From Lepidodermella squamata (taxonomy: Eukaryota > Animalia > Gastrotricha): a stretch of 64,000 nt of DNA. Position 1 is the stretch's first letter, and each line of letters starts with the position of its first letter. This document shows positions 1 to 14,007 of the stretch, piece by piece. The notes beneath the pieces are model-generated. The model saw nothing but the letters and a program-made list of their open reading frames with translations. It was not told the origin of the DNA and made no database searches. The stretch spans positions 744,001-808,000 of the forward strand of contig JBLDXI010000031.1 of assembly GCA_047495785.1 (NCBI GenBank), given 5' to 3'. A program made the translations under genes and the position numbers.

Positions 1-42
1 CCATCGACTACAGAGATGTTGTAAGTAAAACCATGTTACAGC

Positions 43-1440
43 TTAGGCAGTGTCGAATGGGAAGAAGCTTAATTGGAAGCCATCACAGTTAGTTTCTATG
101 CTACGCGTTTCTTGACAATGGCCGTATACTTCCTTCTCCGACGCTGCGAAGTTGATTTCACTGGTTATGTCCCGTAAGCGCAACCTCAGGAGCGTAACCT
201 CGCTTGTGCGTAACTTTTCGTGTGCGCAACCTATGTGCGCGACCGACGTGCGCAACTATTGGGCGAAACCTGCTGTGTGTAAATAAATAAGTCAAAACAC
301 GAGGTAATTCCCATTAGTTCATCCGCGCAAATATACGAATTCCTCCCGCAGTCATCCCGCACATCCCGCAGTTCATCATGTGGACGTCCACGTGTATTGC
401 AGCGTGATAAAAATTTCTCTGCATTCCCCCATACAAAAAATAGTGTGCATATGTTAATGATTTTGCGAGAAGATGAATGCTTACTCATTGATACTGGCAA
501 AAAATCATGTTTGTAGGGTGGGCCGGGTGGGATATAGCTTATCCCGCACCCTTATCCCGCAGTCCCGCAGTCATCCCGCAGTCCCGCATCACTGCAAACT
601 GCGGGATGCTGCGGGAGGAATTTCTAAATGTGCACATTCTCGGAATTTTCAACCAGCCGTGTATTTGTCTAACCAATTCGCCCAACTCTGCGAACATAAA
701 TTAAAAAAAAAGAATTTATTCAAAATTTAATTGAAATTTTTTTATTGCGTGATAAAAGGAGCTACAGTTTTGATCACCATCTTAACCATTTGCTAGCAAA
801 CATGTATTACTTTAACTGTTGACAACATGATCCACCTCAACATAAATAGCACAAAGCACCCTGGCCGCAACTGTGAGGACGAAGAATCACAGCTATTAAG
901 CGGGCGCGGCAGGCCTCTGAAGACTCAATTTCACTGTTATGGTTTGACAGAAGTTGCAGGATGTTGACGGCGTTAATATGCTCCCATTCTGGCCGCCATG
1001 ATTTCTTGGTGTCACTGCCAATCCATATTGTGAATCCTTCATCGTTCCCACCTTAAAATTCTGTGGCATTTAAAGGCTTACATAGGCTGCTAGGCAATGC
1101 CTACATCAGTCCGAATTGCGTAAACACTAGAGAGACTACGGAATCGAATGTGCAATATCACCAAAACTGTGGGATAGGAATGGAGTTACCTCCGATTCAA
1201 GTCGTCTATTGCTGTGATTCTTTCTAAGAAGCATTTAAACCACAATTTGATGGGTAATTCGTGCAACGCTCGCGTTAAGACGACGTAGGTTGGGAGGCAT
1301 CGCTGAGACGCAGCGGGACATAGTGATTCGAAAAACAACTGTTCAGCCACCTTCGATTTCGTCAATGTTTTTACATTATAAGCTGCGCTGAATGGTTGCA
1401 CAGCAATGATTGCAAGAAGATATGCCCAACTAAGATAGTA
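43..1440 (-). pseudogene. Disrupted Cys-loop ligand-gated ion channel paralogue
   Basis: Three pieces align by eye with the intact gene at 4132-5354: exon 1 (FFESLCPAASQR..LERITAIDDLNR|gtaac), ~925-1120 (LCKPLN..IWIGSDTKKSWRP..HIN, with in-frame stops) and 43-150 (ETNCDGFQLSFFPFD then stop). About 750 bp of unrelated repeat-rich DNA splits exon 2. Boundaries approximate. Confidence 0.7.
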
Positions 1441-1624
1441 TAGGATTATGACAGAACTGATGCAGCCGGAACCTTAACTCTTAACTAATTCCCCTTCAAG
1501 ATCGAGGTTCGAGAGAACGACTGCAACCGAATTTGTTTCTCATTGAGAATCGAAAATTAGTTTAATAGCAAGTTGGCCTTATCCTTTGATTTGAATAGAC
1601 TAAAAGCGAGGCTAATTTCCAACC

Positions 1625-1712
1625 GCTCCAGTTGCATAGTTGGTTAGTGCGTCGTACTTATAAGCAGTACTCGATTGTACGCTGAGTTATGCGAAGGTCG
1701 CGAGTTCGAGCC
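1625..1712 (+). pseudogene. 3'-truncated tRNA-Ile(TAT) copy
   Basis: Nearly identical to the tRNA at 1760 through the T loop (GTTCGAGCC), then diverges and lacks the 3' acceptor strand. Confidence 0.85.
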
Positions 1713-1759
1713 AAATGGGAATGGGTTCTAGGTGAGTTAATCGCTCCAGATTCTCAGCC

Positions 1760-1859
1760 GCTCCAGTTGCATAGTTGGTTAGTGCGTCGTACTTATAAGC
1801 AGTACTCGAATGTACGCTGAGTTATGCGAAGGTCGCGAGTTCGAGCCTCGCCTGGAGCA
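1760..1859 (+). tRNA. tRNA-Ile(TAT) with 26-nt intron (1798-1823)
   Basis: GCTCCAG...CTGGAGCA acceptor stem, anticodon stem TCGTA/TGCGA around CT-TAT-A, intron after position 37, GTTCGAG T loop, downstream T-run. Confidence 0.93.
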
Positions 1860-2069
1860 ATGTTTTTGTGACTTCACGAAACTATCGTTTTGAAATGGAC
1901 CTACTGACTAGTAGTGACCAAGCGGCAGGGTGAAAAGGAAGGAATCAAAACGAAGAATCGCGTGCCGAGCCTAAAATACGTTATTAAATTGCTTGAATTA
2001 GCATCACGTGAAGCCGTAACTTCCAGCCATTCACAAAATCAACTTTTTTATTCCAAAATAAATTTCGCA

Positions 2070-3801
2070 ATGAAATCTTGCTTGATTATTTTGATTGGTT
2101 TGTTCTTTGCTTGCTTCACCAATTTACTGATGGCTGTTTTTATCCTACAACAGCTGTTGTATTATCTTCCTCTGGGCAAGATCCACCGGGACCACAGGGA
2201 TCTAAAGGTGACAAGGGTGATCAAGGTAAAAAAAGAAGAACTCTTTGGATCTTCTCATCTGATTGTTTCGATCATTAGGTGCACAAGGATCGAAAGGCCA
2301 ATATGGTTATCAGGGTTCGCAAGGCTCAAATGGACCACAAGGATCTAAAGGTAAATCATTGATGAAAAGGAAACACTTTCATCCGAATTTTTAGGTCACA
2401 TGGGCGATGTCGGTCCAATCGGACCTCGAGGTTTGTAATTCTGCGAATACACCGTGATAGCAAACGACATTTGTCATATAGGTCAGCAAGGTTGGAGTGG
2501 CGAGGTTGGCGAGCCAGGCCCACAAGGATCTAAGGGGCAAAAAGGTGATCAAGGCGTGAAGGGCGAACAGGGCTCACAAGGCTCGAAGGGCTCTCACGGT
2601 CTACAGGGCAGTCGCGGAGATCAAGGTTCAAAAGGATCACAGGGTTTTCAGGGCTCCAAGGGTGATGCTGGCACGACAGGTAAGCTTTTCTCTCATATTT
2701 AATTGTCAATTTTCAAAGCTTGTGTTTCACAGGCGCCCAAGGCTCAAAGGGTGAACTTGGCGCTCAAGGAAGCAGAGGCGGTCAAGGCAGTCAGGGCCTC
2801 CAAGGCAGTAAGGGTGACAAGGGCGATCGTGGTGAAACTGGTCCTCAAGGCTCAAAAGGCGTCCAAGGCTCTCAAGGTTTCCAGGGCTCAAAAGGCGAAC
2901 ACGGCTCACGGGGTGATCAAGGGTCCAAGGGCGAACTGGGTGCTCAGGGTGTGCAGGGTAGCAAGGGCGATAAAGGCGAACACGGCGCTCAAGGCAGCAT
3001 GGGCCATCAAGGATCTCAGGGACTTCAAGGCTCGAAGGGTGAACACGGCAGCAGAGGAGAGGCCGGCCCTCAAGGATCTCAAGGTAAGTCTTTCAACCCA
3101 TTTTTGAGAAAAATCTCCGATTTCGAAATCTCATATAGGCTCAAAAGGTCAGCAGGGTTCGAGAGGTGATATGGGTCACCAGGGATCGAAAGGTGAGTGA
3201 GTTCACATATTTTCATTTTTAAAATTATGTTGATAACAGGTGAAAAGGGCGACACGCCACTCATCAGTGATATCGTAGCAAATGTGCTTCAAAACATGCA
3301 ATCCATCAAGGGGGAAAAAGGTGCATCAGACAAAGGCGAGAAAGGTGAATCTGGTATGTGTTGTTTCATCCCTTTCTAATTAAATCGTTGAGCACCCTTA
3401 CCAAATAATAGGCGTGAAAGGTGAACCCGGCGTCGGAGTACCAGGTATGGAAAATATTCGCTTCTCATTTTCTAATAATTCATTGTTTTTTCTTTTACAG
3501 GAAAGGATGGTTAGTTTATTAAGTTCAAAGATCGAAATAATTGAAATAACTCTTTACTTCAATTTTACATTTCAAGGGGTTGGAACTCCAGGTAATTATG
3601 CCCACATAATGAGTAACAGAAATGTAGCAAATTTGTTTCAAATGTATAGGTCGCGATGGCACACCCGGGAAGCCAGGCAGAAATGGAAGATGTGGGCCTC
3701 CCGGACCTCCAGGGCCGGCTTGTCGAATCGATGTCGAACTGATTCGCAACATAATGGAGTCGCTTCTCGAAGAGATTTTCGATCAAGGCCGCGGACATTA
3801 A
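2070..3801 (+). CDS. Multi-exon short collagen-like secreted protein (Gly-Ser-Lys/Gln rich); apparent 1-nt frameshift in the signal peptide
   Basis: Gly-X-Y exons (GPQGSKGDKGDQG, GSQGSKG...) separated by GT-AG introns, including 9-nt (3501-3509) and 15-nt (3577-3591) micro-exons. Last exon GRDGTPGKPGRNGRCGPPGPPGPAC...GRGH*. The ATG frame (MKSCLIILIG) is one base out of register with VLCLLHQFTDG-C near 2100. Confidence 0.8.
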
Positions 3802-4131
3802 GCTTACCGACGTCGCTAGTCCAATCAATTTACGAGGAAAATTCCAGGATCACACAAAGACTTGGATAAATCATATTATTTATTTACTTGATCGCGAAGA
3901 ATGATTAGACTACATTGATTTAGCAATAAAATTATTTACATATATTGTTTCTCTCAATTTTTTGATTAATAGGTACCAGTAGATATACACGCAATCAAAA
4001 AACAGATAGCTGAATTCCATGATCAAACATTAGTGAAATCAAGTGCTAGTGAGATAGATTTACCGTAACCAAAAAAGCTGAGGCGTGTTGAAGATTCATG
4101 ATCCGGCGAATGCAGATTTTCTTTTGGCGAA

Positions 4132-5354
4132 TCAGGGTATACGATGGATCATTTTACTCAGGTAATACGAAAGCGTAACAATCAGCACGATGATGGTAGC
4201 ACTAGCAACAATCAAATCAAGAAGTCGAACTCGATTGATGTCGAAAAAAAACGTCTTTTGATCCCACGAAGAGTTGGCCAGCAAATGAGCGACTAAAGCG
4301 TACACCGTGATGAAAACGCAAATGATAATCTGAATTTGAACAATAACAGCGAGATAAACCGTGTCAGATGTTTTGGGCAAATTAGAGAAAATCATGTTGA
4401 GAGTTACAGTGAAGGCAAGAATAACAGTAACGCCGTAGCTAGCCCGATCTAAACGATCAGGCTCAATGATAAAAGCAGCTAATTGCAAGGCCATCAATAA
4501 AGCGACAGGCATGAAGATTGTATTGAGAAAATAAGTAGGCTTCCGAACGAATTTCATGTTAAGAGTTAACACGTGATAGCCTTCGACCATAGTGATATTA
4601 TGGTAAAATCCCTCGCGCATTTCTTTCCAAATATCAGAATCGGACAGCAAATTTGCAAAATTGGGATAATAGTTTGCAGAATAATATTTCAAGTAGTTAG
4701 CATCATCAGCCAGTCGCAACTTGATGCTGCATGTCATTTGATCGAACGGGAAAAATTGCAGCTCAAACCCATCGCAGTTAGTTTTAACAATACGGCTTTC
4801 TGTAGACATTCCATTCGGGTAGACATTTGAAGCGTGATAATGTATTTCTTTGTTGTCGTGAGAGAATAAATTCATTCGATCGACGGAATTGATGTGATCG
4901 ACACCGGGCCGCCAAGATTTGTCCGTCGTACTGCCAATCCATATTCCGAGGCCTTTGTCAGAGTTTCCGAGAAGCTGAACTGGGTCCAAAGTTTTGCATA
5001 GAGGCTGTGGTAGGTACCAACATAGGAAGAATGAAGCGAATACGGACAAGCTATATACATACATGATAAAAAAGGGAAATATTTTGTTCAAGAAGAACTG
5101 ATCTACCTTTCAGTTATTTCGTCAATCGAGTTGATTTTCTCCAGATATACCTTCATGTCGACCAGAATGGGAAGCTCGCTAGACATCTTTTTCATTATAA
5201 CAAAGTTCTCAAGGTAGCGCGAGCCTGCAGCGGGGCATGCTGTTTTAAAGAAATACTCTTCAACATTGAAATCAGGCGAAGCAGCTAGCGTTGCCAGATC
5301 ATCATCACCGAGGGCGATCGGAGTCAAAAGAATAGCAAGAAAAATTATCTTCAT
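4132..5354 (-). CDS. Pentameric Cys-loop ligand-gated ion channel subunit, 2 exons (5354-5107, 5050-4132), about 388 aa
   Basis: Signal peptide MKIIFLAILL; 56-bp GT-AG intron restores the frame (ITE-S-LSVF); WRP motif; Cys-loop CDGFELQFFPFDQMTC; RKPTYF pre-M1; four TM segments with a very short M3-M4 loop. Confidence 0.9.
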
Positions 5355-5729
5355 GATTTCAATTGGAACAATTTTTAGGGGAAAATGGTAGCCTACAGCG
5401 AATATTTCTAACACAGAGGGTGAGAGGAAATACGACAGCTTTGCAAATAATTAAACTTACGTAGCTTATGAGCCGCTGGTCAATTTTATTTATTATACTT
5501 GCTTGACGTCATCGCTTTAACTCTTCCCAACCACAGTCTTTTTTCTGTTAGTTAAGTTATCGCCGACGGTTAATTAGAAATCGGAAAAAAAGATTCAGAT
5601 GAAGCTTGAATTTATTATTTTTCGAAAAATAATGAGCTCTTTTCAAATAATCTAATGAGCCATAAGTATGTGCATGAAGCAACATTGAAAGTCTCAAAAA
5701 AAGTAAAAGTTGAAGAGTGACTCTTCGCA

Positions 5730-8700
5730 TTAACGAGGAATTTGCTGACACAGCATGCGCAGCTGGGGTGAAACGCAGTTAACATCTTGAATCTTGCCAT
5801 CCGGACGTAGCATCACACCTGTATCGAATTGTTCAGAACAAAATTATTTGTGATTCAGTTTAGCAAATAATACGTTATTACATTGTCTAGAGGAAATCGA
5901 CGACGGCGAGACGCTAGCCCAGAGTGAGTTCGAAGTCGGGATAACTTCTCCGTCAATCCACTCGAACAGAGTCAAGTCATCGCTTCGTCGACCGCCAACA
6001 AAAGCCGTCTGGATACCCGAGGGATTGACTGAGCGCAGCAAGTTCACTGCTGAATTGAAATCCGAAGGTGAGCTGAGGACTGAGAGATCCGCACCAGGGT
6101 AGATAGAGCTACAGAACGAACGCATGTTCGCCCACGATAGGGCATTCGGCGGCGTGATCAACTGCATACCACCCTGAAGCATAGAGTCAAGCGTAATGAG
6201 ATTTCGAACAAGCCGAAAATGAAAACAATTTCCAGCGAAGTTATACTCAAATCAAGTATTACTCGATCATAGTCAGAGTCAAGTTAACGGAAGCCCCTTT
6301 ACAGAAGCATCTACAACAGAAAGTAGGTACCTATGCCTACCCAGAGAAAATATCTAAACTTACCGATGATTGAGTGCAAAGGCCATAACGCTGTGTGGCG
6401 CTGCAGTCAGCATCGATTAAGCCGACATTCGTTGTGACGTACGAAAAAGCCAAACCTAACAAAAGATGAACCATCAACCCTAAATTTCTAGAGATTCCTA
6501 AACTTACAGCTGCCGTCGCCGTTTGGCTCGTTAGGTAGAAACCCTGGGTAGGTAGATCTCGGAGTAGCGCGATACTTCAAAGGATTCACCCAAATGAAGG
6601 GAGACAAAGCGCCGATGAAAACATTCGCGCCATTAGCTACTGCTAATGCTCGAGCTAGGTCATCAGACGACCGTATGATGGCTGTGCGTAGTCCCAGAGC
6701 AGAGCATGCTGAAACTCCATTCGCGAACGTACCAACGGCTCCGGTGATAGCATACTTGGCTGAAATTACGACCGAAAATGTACAAAAAATCCTAAGCTTT
6801 GCCGATAACTAACAAGTTTCGCAAGTCGGGCCGTCCCAGGCATCAGTACAGAGGCAGACCCCTATATCAGTACATGTTCCACCGTTCTTACAAGAAGGAT
6901 TGCAAACATCTACGAAAAGTGAAGAAAATACCGTGTTCGAGTGAACTCAAGGTGTATCTTATTATACCGGTGTAGCGTTCGCAAATAGCGACGAACTTGT
7001 CGGTTGGGAGACCAGTTCTGAGATTGCCAGTCGATTTGATACGAACGCCTGGAGTGAAAAAATAATATAAAACAAAGTCCAAATGAAAATATTACCAGCT
7101 CTGAACGAATCAGTGAAGCTTCCACTGTCGAACGTGTACCAGGTGCTCGTGGTTGTTATCGCTTGCTTGTTAACCCAGTTGAAGCCGTAGCCAGCGGACT
7201 GGTCATAGCTCCGCCTCGCCCCAACAGCAACGACATTGGAGCCACCGATGTTGACCAGAGCGTAGACAGCGTTGATGTAAGCGTCCAAATCGTTCAGAAT
7301 AGCCAATTTCATGCCCAAAGTGCTACAATAAGAAGCAGCGTCAAACCACGTGACGGTGGAAATTGGCCGGTAGACTTGAATCGCATACTAAGGATAAAAT
7401 AACGGTTCCTAAGGATTACTGCTGAGAAATCGCGAGCTTACGGATTGAGTATCCTGACAAAGAGCGAATGTGCGCTTGCTAGTACAATCGCCTTGAATGA
7501 AGCCATTCGTATTCATGTCGGTCACGGATAATTCCAGGCCTGGAAACAATACAAATATAATCGTTCCGATGCCACTGTAAAATCTGTCAAAAAAAGAAAG
7601 CAGGAAAGCTTACAAAGTCCGTTCTGATTCCAATTGGCCCAGCGGGCTGAGATCCAGTCTAAAACGGTGTTTGAACTGTCCTGCCATTTATAAGTCGTGA
7701 CGCCGCCAATGTAAGCTTCAGCATAGCCATTGCTTCTGATCAACGAAAGCACATCGCTTAGGTCGTCAGCATCCTTCAACACCGCTGGACGATCGCCATT
7801 GTTACGGCAGGTTCTCATGTACGTTGGAAGATCGACGGTAGTCGGGCCGTTTATGTAATATTTCGCTGAAACAAATTATGATTTGAATGCAATTAAGGTA
7901 TCGATCGAAAAATTACCTATGCAGGTAAGCGACGCGCTGCATTCTTGGTTAGAACCACAGGCTGGAGTGCATACATCTGAAAAAAACGTGTATAGCCTTT
8001 ATGCAATCCTTAGAATAACAGTGATATCTTACATTTGCAAACATTGGGAGAAACACATGCTTGATTGGTTCCACAGGAAGGTGTGCATATTCCTGAAATT
8101 GTCAAAGAAATCGCATATAAAATGAATACAAAACGAGAAAATTCCAATTTAAAAGTGGATCGACAGAGAAATTTCATAAAAGAATTTGATAATTCTATAG
8201 AACGCGGTTATTAAATTGAATGAAATCAGCTCTTGAAAATTCTACGTTCTTATATATATTGAAATTTCAATGAATCACGATGGAAATGTCTTACCTGTGG
8301 TGCAATTGGATCCAGTCCATCCAGCTTTGCAGGCGCAAGTATTTGGCTGGACGCACAGCTGGTTGGCATTGCAATTGGTGCAGATGGCTGAAAAATAAGA
8401 ATTGCAAAATAGTTTTCTGCGAAGTAGTGTTTAAATTCAGCCTACGTGTCGTGCAAGAGCTGCCAGTCCATCCCGACTTGCAGGTGCAGCTGTTCGGCTG
8501 TAGGCATTGCTGATTTGTCCCGTTGCAATTGGAACAGATTGCTAATTATTGCAAACGATGAACAAGTTCATTGGGATTTTATCAAGACCAACCGGAGTCG
8601 CAAAGTGATCCGCTCCAACCATCCACACATGTACAATTGTTGGGTTGTAGGCATTGCTGGTACTGGCCGGTACAGCTTGGGCAAAACGCTGTTCAATCAA

Positions 8701-11700
8701 AGAGATAGTAATGGAGGTTATATTTGGAAAGGGTAGAAACTCACGAGTTGTACAATTAGAACCAGTCCAGCCAGATTTACACGTGCAGTTTTCTGGCTTC
8801 AGGCATTGCTGGTTACTATTGCAACTCGGGTTCAAGCAAATAGCTTGAATCGAAATAGAATAGCTATGTGTTAATTTCTGTTGAGGACGAAACCTACCTG
8901 TTAGGCAACTGGAGCCAGTCCAACCCGATTTGCACGTGCAGGTGTTTGGTGCAGTACACAGTTGGTTAGAGTTGCAGCCGCTACAGATAGCTATTTTAAA
9001 CAGGCAAGGATATTGGAGCAAAAGAGTAGTTTTATCCAATACGGATATCGCATGTTGCACCACTCCACCCAGTTTTGCAAAGACAAATGTTGCTGGTAGA
9101 AAGAGCCATGCAGTACTGATTGGCACCCGTACAATTCGGACAAAAAGCTTTTTACAGTACTTGTCAAATCCCTTCAAAATATGGTCAAGTCAATTCAACT
9201 TACGAGTGCAATTTTCACCCGTGAAACCCGTTTTGCAAGTGCATACGTTTGTGCCATTTACCGTCGCGCAAACCCTATTCGTTCCAGTACAATTCGGGCA
9301 GAATGCTGTTCAATCAAACTGATTATAAGCTACAATGAAACAGGAAAATCAGCCCACGTGTCGTGCAATTAGTGCCAGTCCAGTCAGGTTTGCAGGTGCA
9401 GTTGTTAGGAGCCACGCACTGTTGGTTCACGTTGCAGTTGTTACAAATCGCTGAAAACAATCAGAAGTAATTACTCTTAAAAAAATACTAGTGCAGCCGG
9501 ATTATCATACGAGTTTCACATTTCGTGCCGGTCCAACCCGATAAACAAACGCAGATGTTCGACGAATTACTCTGCGCAACGCAACGTTGATTTTTGCCAT
9601 CGCATTCAGGGCAGTATGCTGTCAAAAATAATATTAAGACTCAGACCAATTGACTTTGATTTTCGGTATCTGATTACGTGTGTTGCAACTTGATCCAGTC
9701 CATGAAGGCTTGCATGTGCAGGTCTGCGGAAGCAGACACTGTTGATTAACCCCAGTACAATTGGAGCAGATCGCTGAATGATTTATAAAGTACTATACCC
9801 AAAATTTCCTGCGTTCTAACTCACCTGTATCGCAGAGTGTGCCATTCCATCCGGTTTTGCAAATGCAAACATTTGTGTAGTTGGCGAGAGCTGAGCAGTT
9901 TTGGTTTGGACCGTCGCAGTTGGAACAGATGGCTGCATAAAAAATGACGTGAAATATTCTTATTATAAAAACAGGTTATAATAATATGTTCAAGCTTTAA
10001 GCCATATAATTACAATTTAATTAACTTTTATTTTATTAAATTAATTAAATTAAATCGAAATTATAATTATAATTCGAAGAAATTATGATCAGAAAATAAA
10101 ATCGCTTATGCCAATGGATTGCATAAAAAATAAGTAAGCATACGCGTGGTGCAATTGGGACCAGTCCATGTGGGTTTGCAAGTGCACACGTTTGGTGTCA
10201 GGCATTCCCGATAGGCGTCTCTGCAGTCGATGGGACACATTGCTAATGAAAACATGGAACTTTTTGCAAATGAATGCGTCAACCGAATTTTAATTACGGA
10301 TTGTGCAGCTGGAACCGAACCATCCCGTCTTGCATGTGCAATTATTAGGGCTCAGGCATTCCTGACCAGGATTTGTGCAGTTTGCGCAAAGGGCTGACAA
10401 AAACACACGAATGAGCAGACGATGGTGAAAAGAATAAACAACCTATTATCGAAATTGGAATAAAAAGAATAGCGTAGGAAGCAAGTAAACGAACCTTCAG
10501 TGCATGAAGAACCAGTCCATCCTGGTAGACAGACGCAATTGCCGGTAGTCTGAATACAAATTTGATTAGCGCCGCTACAATTGACACAAGTGCTCAGTGC
10601 TGCCTGAAAGCCAACCGCTTGAAAGGTTGCTGCTCTCGCTTGAAAAACATTTATAGTACATGTGTAGTAAAAACCAATTAATTTTCCTTATTCCATCAAA
10701 ACCTGTCATGCAGTCTTCACCTTTCCAGCCGGCTTCGCACGAACAAACGTTCGGGGCGGAACAGACCATGTGGGCGCCGCACTCGACGTCGCAGATTGCT
10801 GTAAACAAAAAAATAAAGCCAATTCTAGAATATGATTATTGAAAAATGTCCTAACCAGTTTCGCACCTGCGACCCCGGTAACCACTCGGACAGTTGCAAT
10901 GCTTTTTCAGAAAGTTGTAAGTTCCTCCGTGTTCACAGGAAGTCTAAAATAAATAATAGAAAAGAAAATTGAAATAAATTGAAAATATTATCATAATTAT
11001 CATTATTTTTAAAATCAAGACAATTTTCCAGCGAATTTAGACGCGTGCAGAATTCGCACCTGTGAGATAATGAGTATTTTAGGCATTTCTTTGTTTGCTA
11101 TTCGAATATTTAAAACTTGGCTTGAAAGAGGACGTTCGACTCGAAACTAACAGCATCATTCATGGGTATGTGCTTCAGGCATTCAGCGTAGTTGCCGGCA
11201 AAATCCTTCGAGGCCGTGAAGATCTTTTTCTGGAATTTTCAAAATAATTCAATAAAAATTGATAACATTATAACATAAAAAACTTACGCGTTGCCAGCCA
11301 CGTGGGCACAGGCTGTAGCAAGATTTAACGCCAGATCTCTCGCAGAGAACAGCATTCTACCAAAACGTGAGTATAATATGGTGAAATAATATGAGATGTC
11401 ATGCAACTTACCCATTTCAAACAGCTGGCTTTCGATTTATACTCGTGTGGCGAGTAAACCGACGTCTCCGTGAATTCGTCGCAGTGAAGCCGACAGTCCA
11501 AGAATTCCCGTGTTACCCGGCTGAAGCATCGAACATGAACCATTTCGTCATCGGGTACAATAACTGAAACATAACTAGGTATAAATGGATATAGGTTGTA
11601 AATGCACTCACTCTCGTCGGCCGAGCAATCCGTTAAGCCATGAAAGACTTGCCCAGGCCGCTTGAACAAAAAAGTCTGAAAAATACTAACGAGTATTTAG

Positions 11701-12364
11701 CGAAGCTTACTGTTCCGTCTGGACAACGGAATTCAATCGGGACGCAGGTAACCAGTTTTCCAGCTTTCAGACATCTCTTGAAAGGCTGATCCTGAAATCA
11801 TAATTTTTAGTACATGTAACATGGGTCGAGCCTAATTAAACAACCTCGAAATTAGCTGCTGCTTCCTCGCAGTCATCCCAATTGTTCTTCAACGAAAAGC
11901 GGCCATCAAAGACATCAAGCTATGATACAGAAAAAAGCATGCAGAAAATCAATTAAGAAATAGAAGAAAATCACTTCTATCTCGTCGTGACGGCAAATTG
12001 TTTCTTCCTGGCGGCAAATCGGAGTGAGCGCTTCGAATTTGTAGCAAAGTTTCGCCGCCTGTGTGTGAAGAAACAATCACAACAATAATGAGTTGATCAA
12101 CAGGACCATATATGACTCACCCCATAATCACAGGTTTTAATATCCGAATAGCAAGGGCCACGCTATAATTGAAAACAAATTCTATAGTGATTTTTAATGT
12201 GAAACTGGCAGCTTTACCTGGAATTCCTGAAGAACTACGCAGCCATTAGATTGTTTTCGGCACCTGCCAAATTTGCTGTCGTATTGCGAGAAGCACCTGA
12301 TCCACATGTCGCTATTGACACCATAAGCTGATAAAGAAGCCACGAGAAATATTATCTCGAGCAT
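5730..12364 (-). CDS. Secreted EGF-repeat / C-type lectin multidomain protein, copy A (multi-exon)
   Basis: Signal peptide MLEIIFLVASLSAYGVNS, Cys-rich N-region, about 16 single-exon EGF-like units (C..C...C.C..GWTG..C), then four C-type lectin-like domains (AFVGGRR..FEWID; YIGG..YKW) with one EGF between them. Ends ..MLCQQIPR*. Confidence 0.85.
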
Positions 12365-12849
12365 GTTTTGGATAGAAGATATCGATTATTGAAGGATCGA
12401 AACCAAAATGAATGAAATAAAATTATTTTCTCGAGGCTAATTTATAAATGCGCTAAGAATGTTTGACGTCATTGATATTGCTCGCGTGTGTGTCTCAGTA
12501 CAATCAATTATGTACCACTATTGCGGCACTAGTATAGTGAACAGTGTTCCCTAGTTTTTTAGCTACAAAAAATATTGAGCGCTTTTGATTCAGTTTTTGG
12601 CTCGTGCTTGACCGGCTCTTAATCGAGGATAAATGAAACACAATGAAACGTTTTTCGGTGCGACTTGCCTTGTAATATTGACGAGGTTTTACACTGGTTT
12701 TAAATGAGCGGTTTTAACCTGATATTATGTATATCACCAGTAGGAGTAAATAGGTCGAAGGCCGAAGTAGGGAAGTCGAAACAGGCCAACAACTCAAGAA
12801 AAAATAGAGTTAGCGAAAAATAAGCCTGTAGCGATATTTCTGCTAAATC

Positions 12850-14007
12850 AAGTTGAAACAATCCCTAACGGAGTGCCACAAGGCTCAGTCCTGGGCCCAC
12901 TGCTTTTCTCCATCTACGTAAACGAGCTGTCGTCCGTGTCTTTGAAATCAACTATCGTGCAATACGCTGATGATACAGCCATATACTTTTCATCGAAAAA
13001 CGCTGCCGAAATCGAGAAAACCCTGCAACATGACGTGGACCTAGTAACTGGCTGGCTGAGTTCAAATAGCCTAAAAGTTAATCCGAAAAAATCTCAATTA
13101 ATGGTTCTATCTCTTAGCCACTCCGACCGAAAAATCACGATAAGGATCGAAAATAGCGAGATAGAAGAAACAAAGTCACTACGCCTTCTAGGATTCTCTT
13201 TTGATAACAAGCTTCTTCATCGCGAACAAATCGATAGCGCATGCCGTAAAGCACGCAAAGGTCTATTCGCTCTACAACTCGCCTCAAAAAATGGTTTAAA
13301 TCGCTCATGCCTCAAGGCTATGGCAAATGGACTCGTGTTCTCCCATCTACAATACTGCGACACAGTACTTGGCGAAGCGTGTAAAACCTCACTGGAACGA
13401 ATGCAAAAGCTTCAAGATCGAGCCTTGAGAATCATCATGAACGCGCCACAAGACGCCGCAGCTGCGCCATTGCGAAAACAACTCGGATGGTTAGATCTTC
13501 AAGGAAAGCGCGACGTCCATCTGGCAACAATGATGTTCAGATGCGTCACCGGAGAAGCCCCAGACACAATCACCCACTTGTTCACGAAAAAACAGCCTGC
13601 TCGGCAATTACGAAGCTCTCGACTTACCTTCGAAGTGCCTAAAGCCCGAATTGATTACGGTCTAGCCCGCCTCAGCTATCGAGGACCAGGGCTTTTTAAC
13701 TCTTTACCTGTTTACTTTCACTGCCGCCAACACAAAACGATTGAAATACTCGAGTACGATGGTACCCTGCCGAACTGCGAATGCGGCGTAAAAGCCTGCT
13801 ATACCGCCAATGACTGTCGCCAACTTGTATATAACCATCTACTTAATTGTTAATTTTAATACTTTACTATTGTTTTGACTTCCCGACACTGCCTGATCTG
13901 ACAACGCCTCTCTGCACGATTTGTTTTTTTCATGCACCTTTTTCCACGTAGAGCTCTCAACATTGGGATTATGCTCGATAAATAAGTAAATAAATAAATA
14001 AATAAAA
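12850..14007 (+). mobile_element. 5'-truncated non-LTR retrotransposon (LINE, CR1/L2/Jockey-like RT)
   Basis: ORF 12873-13853 with GVPQGSVLGPLLF and QYADDT RT motifs and a typical C-terminal region; 3' UTR ends in a (TAAA)n tail at ~13977-14007. 5' boundary approximate. Confidence 0.9.
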
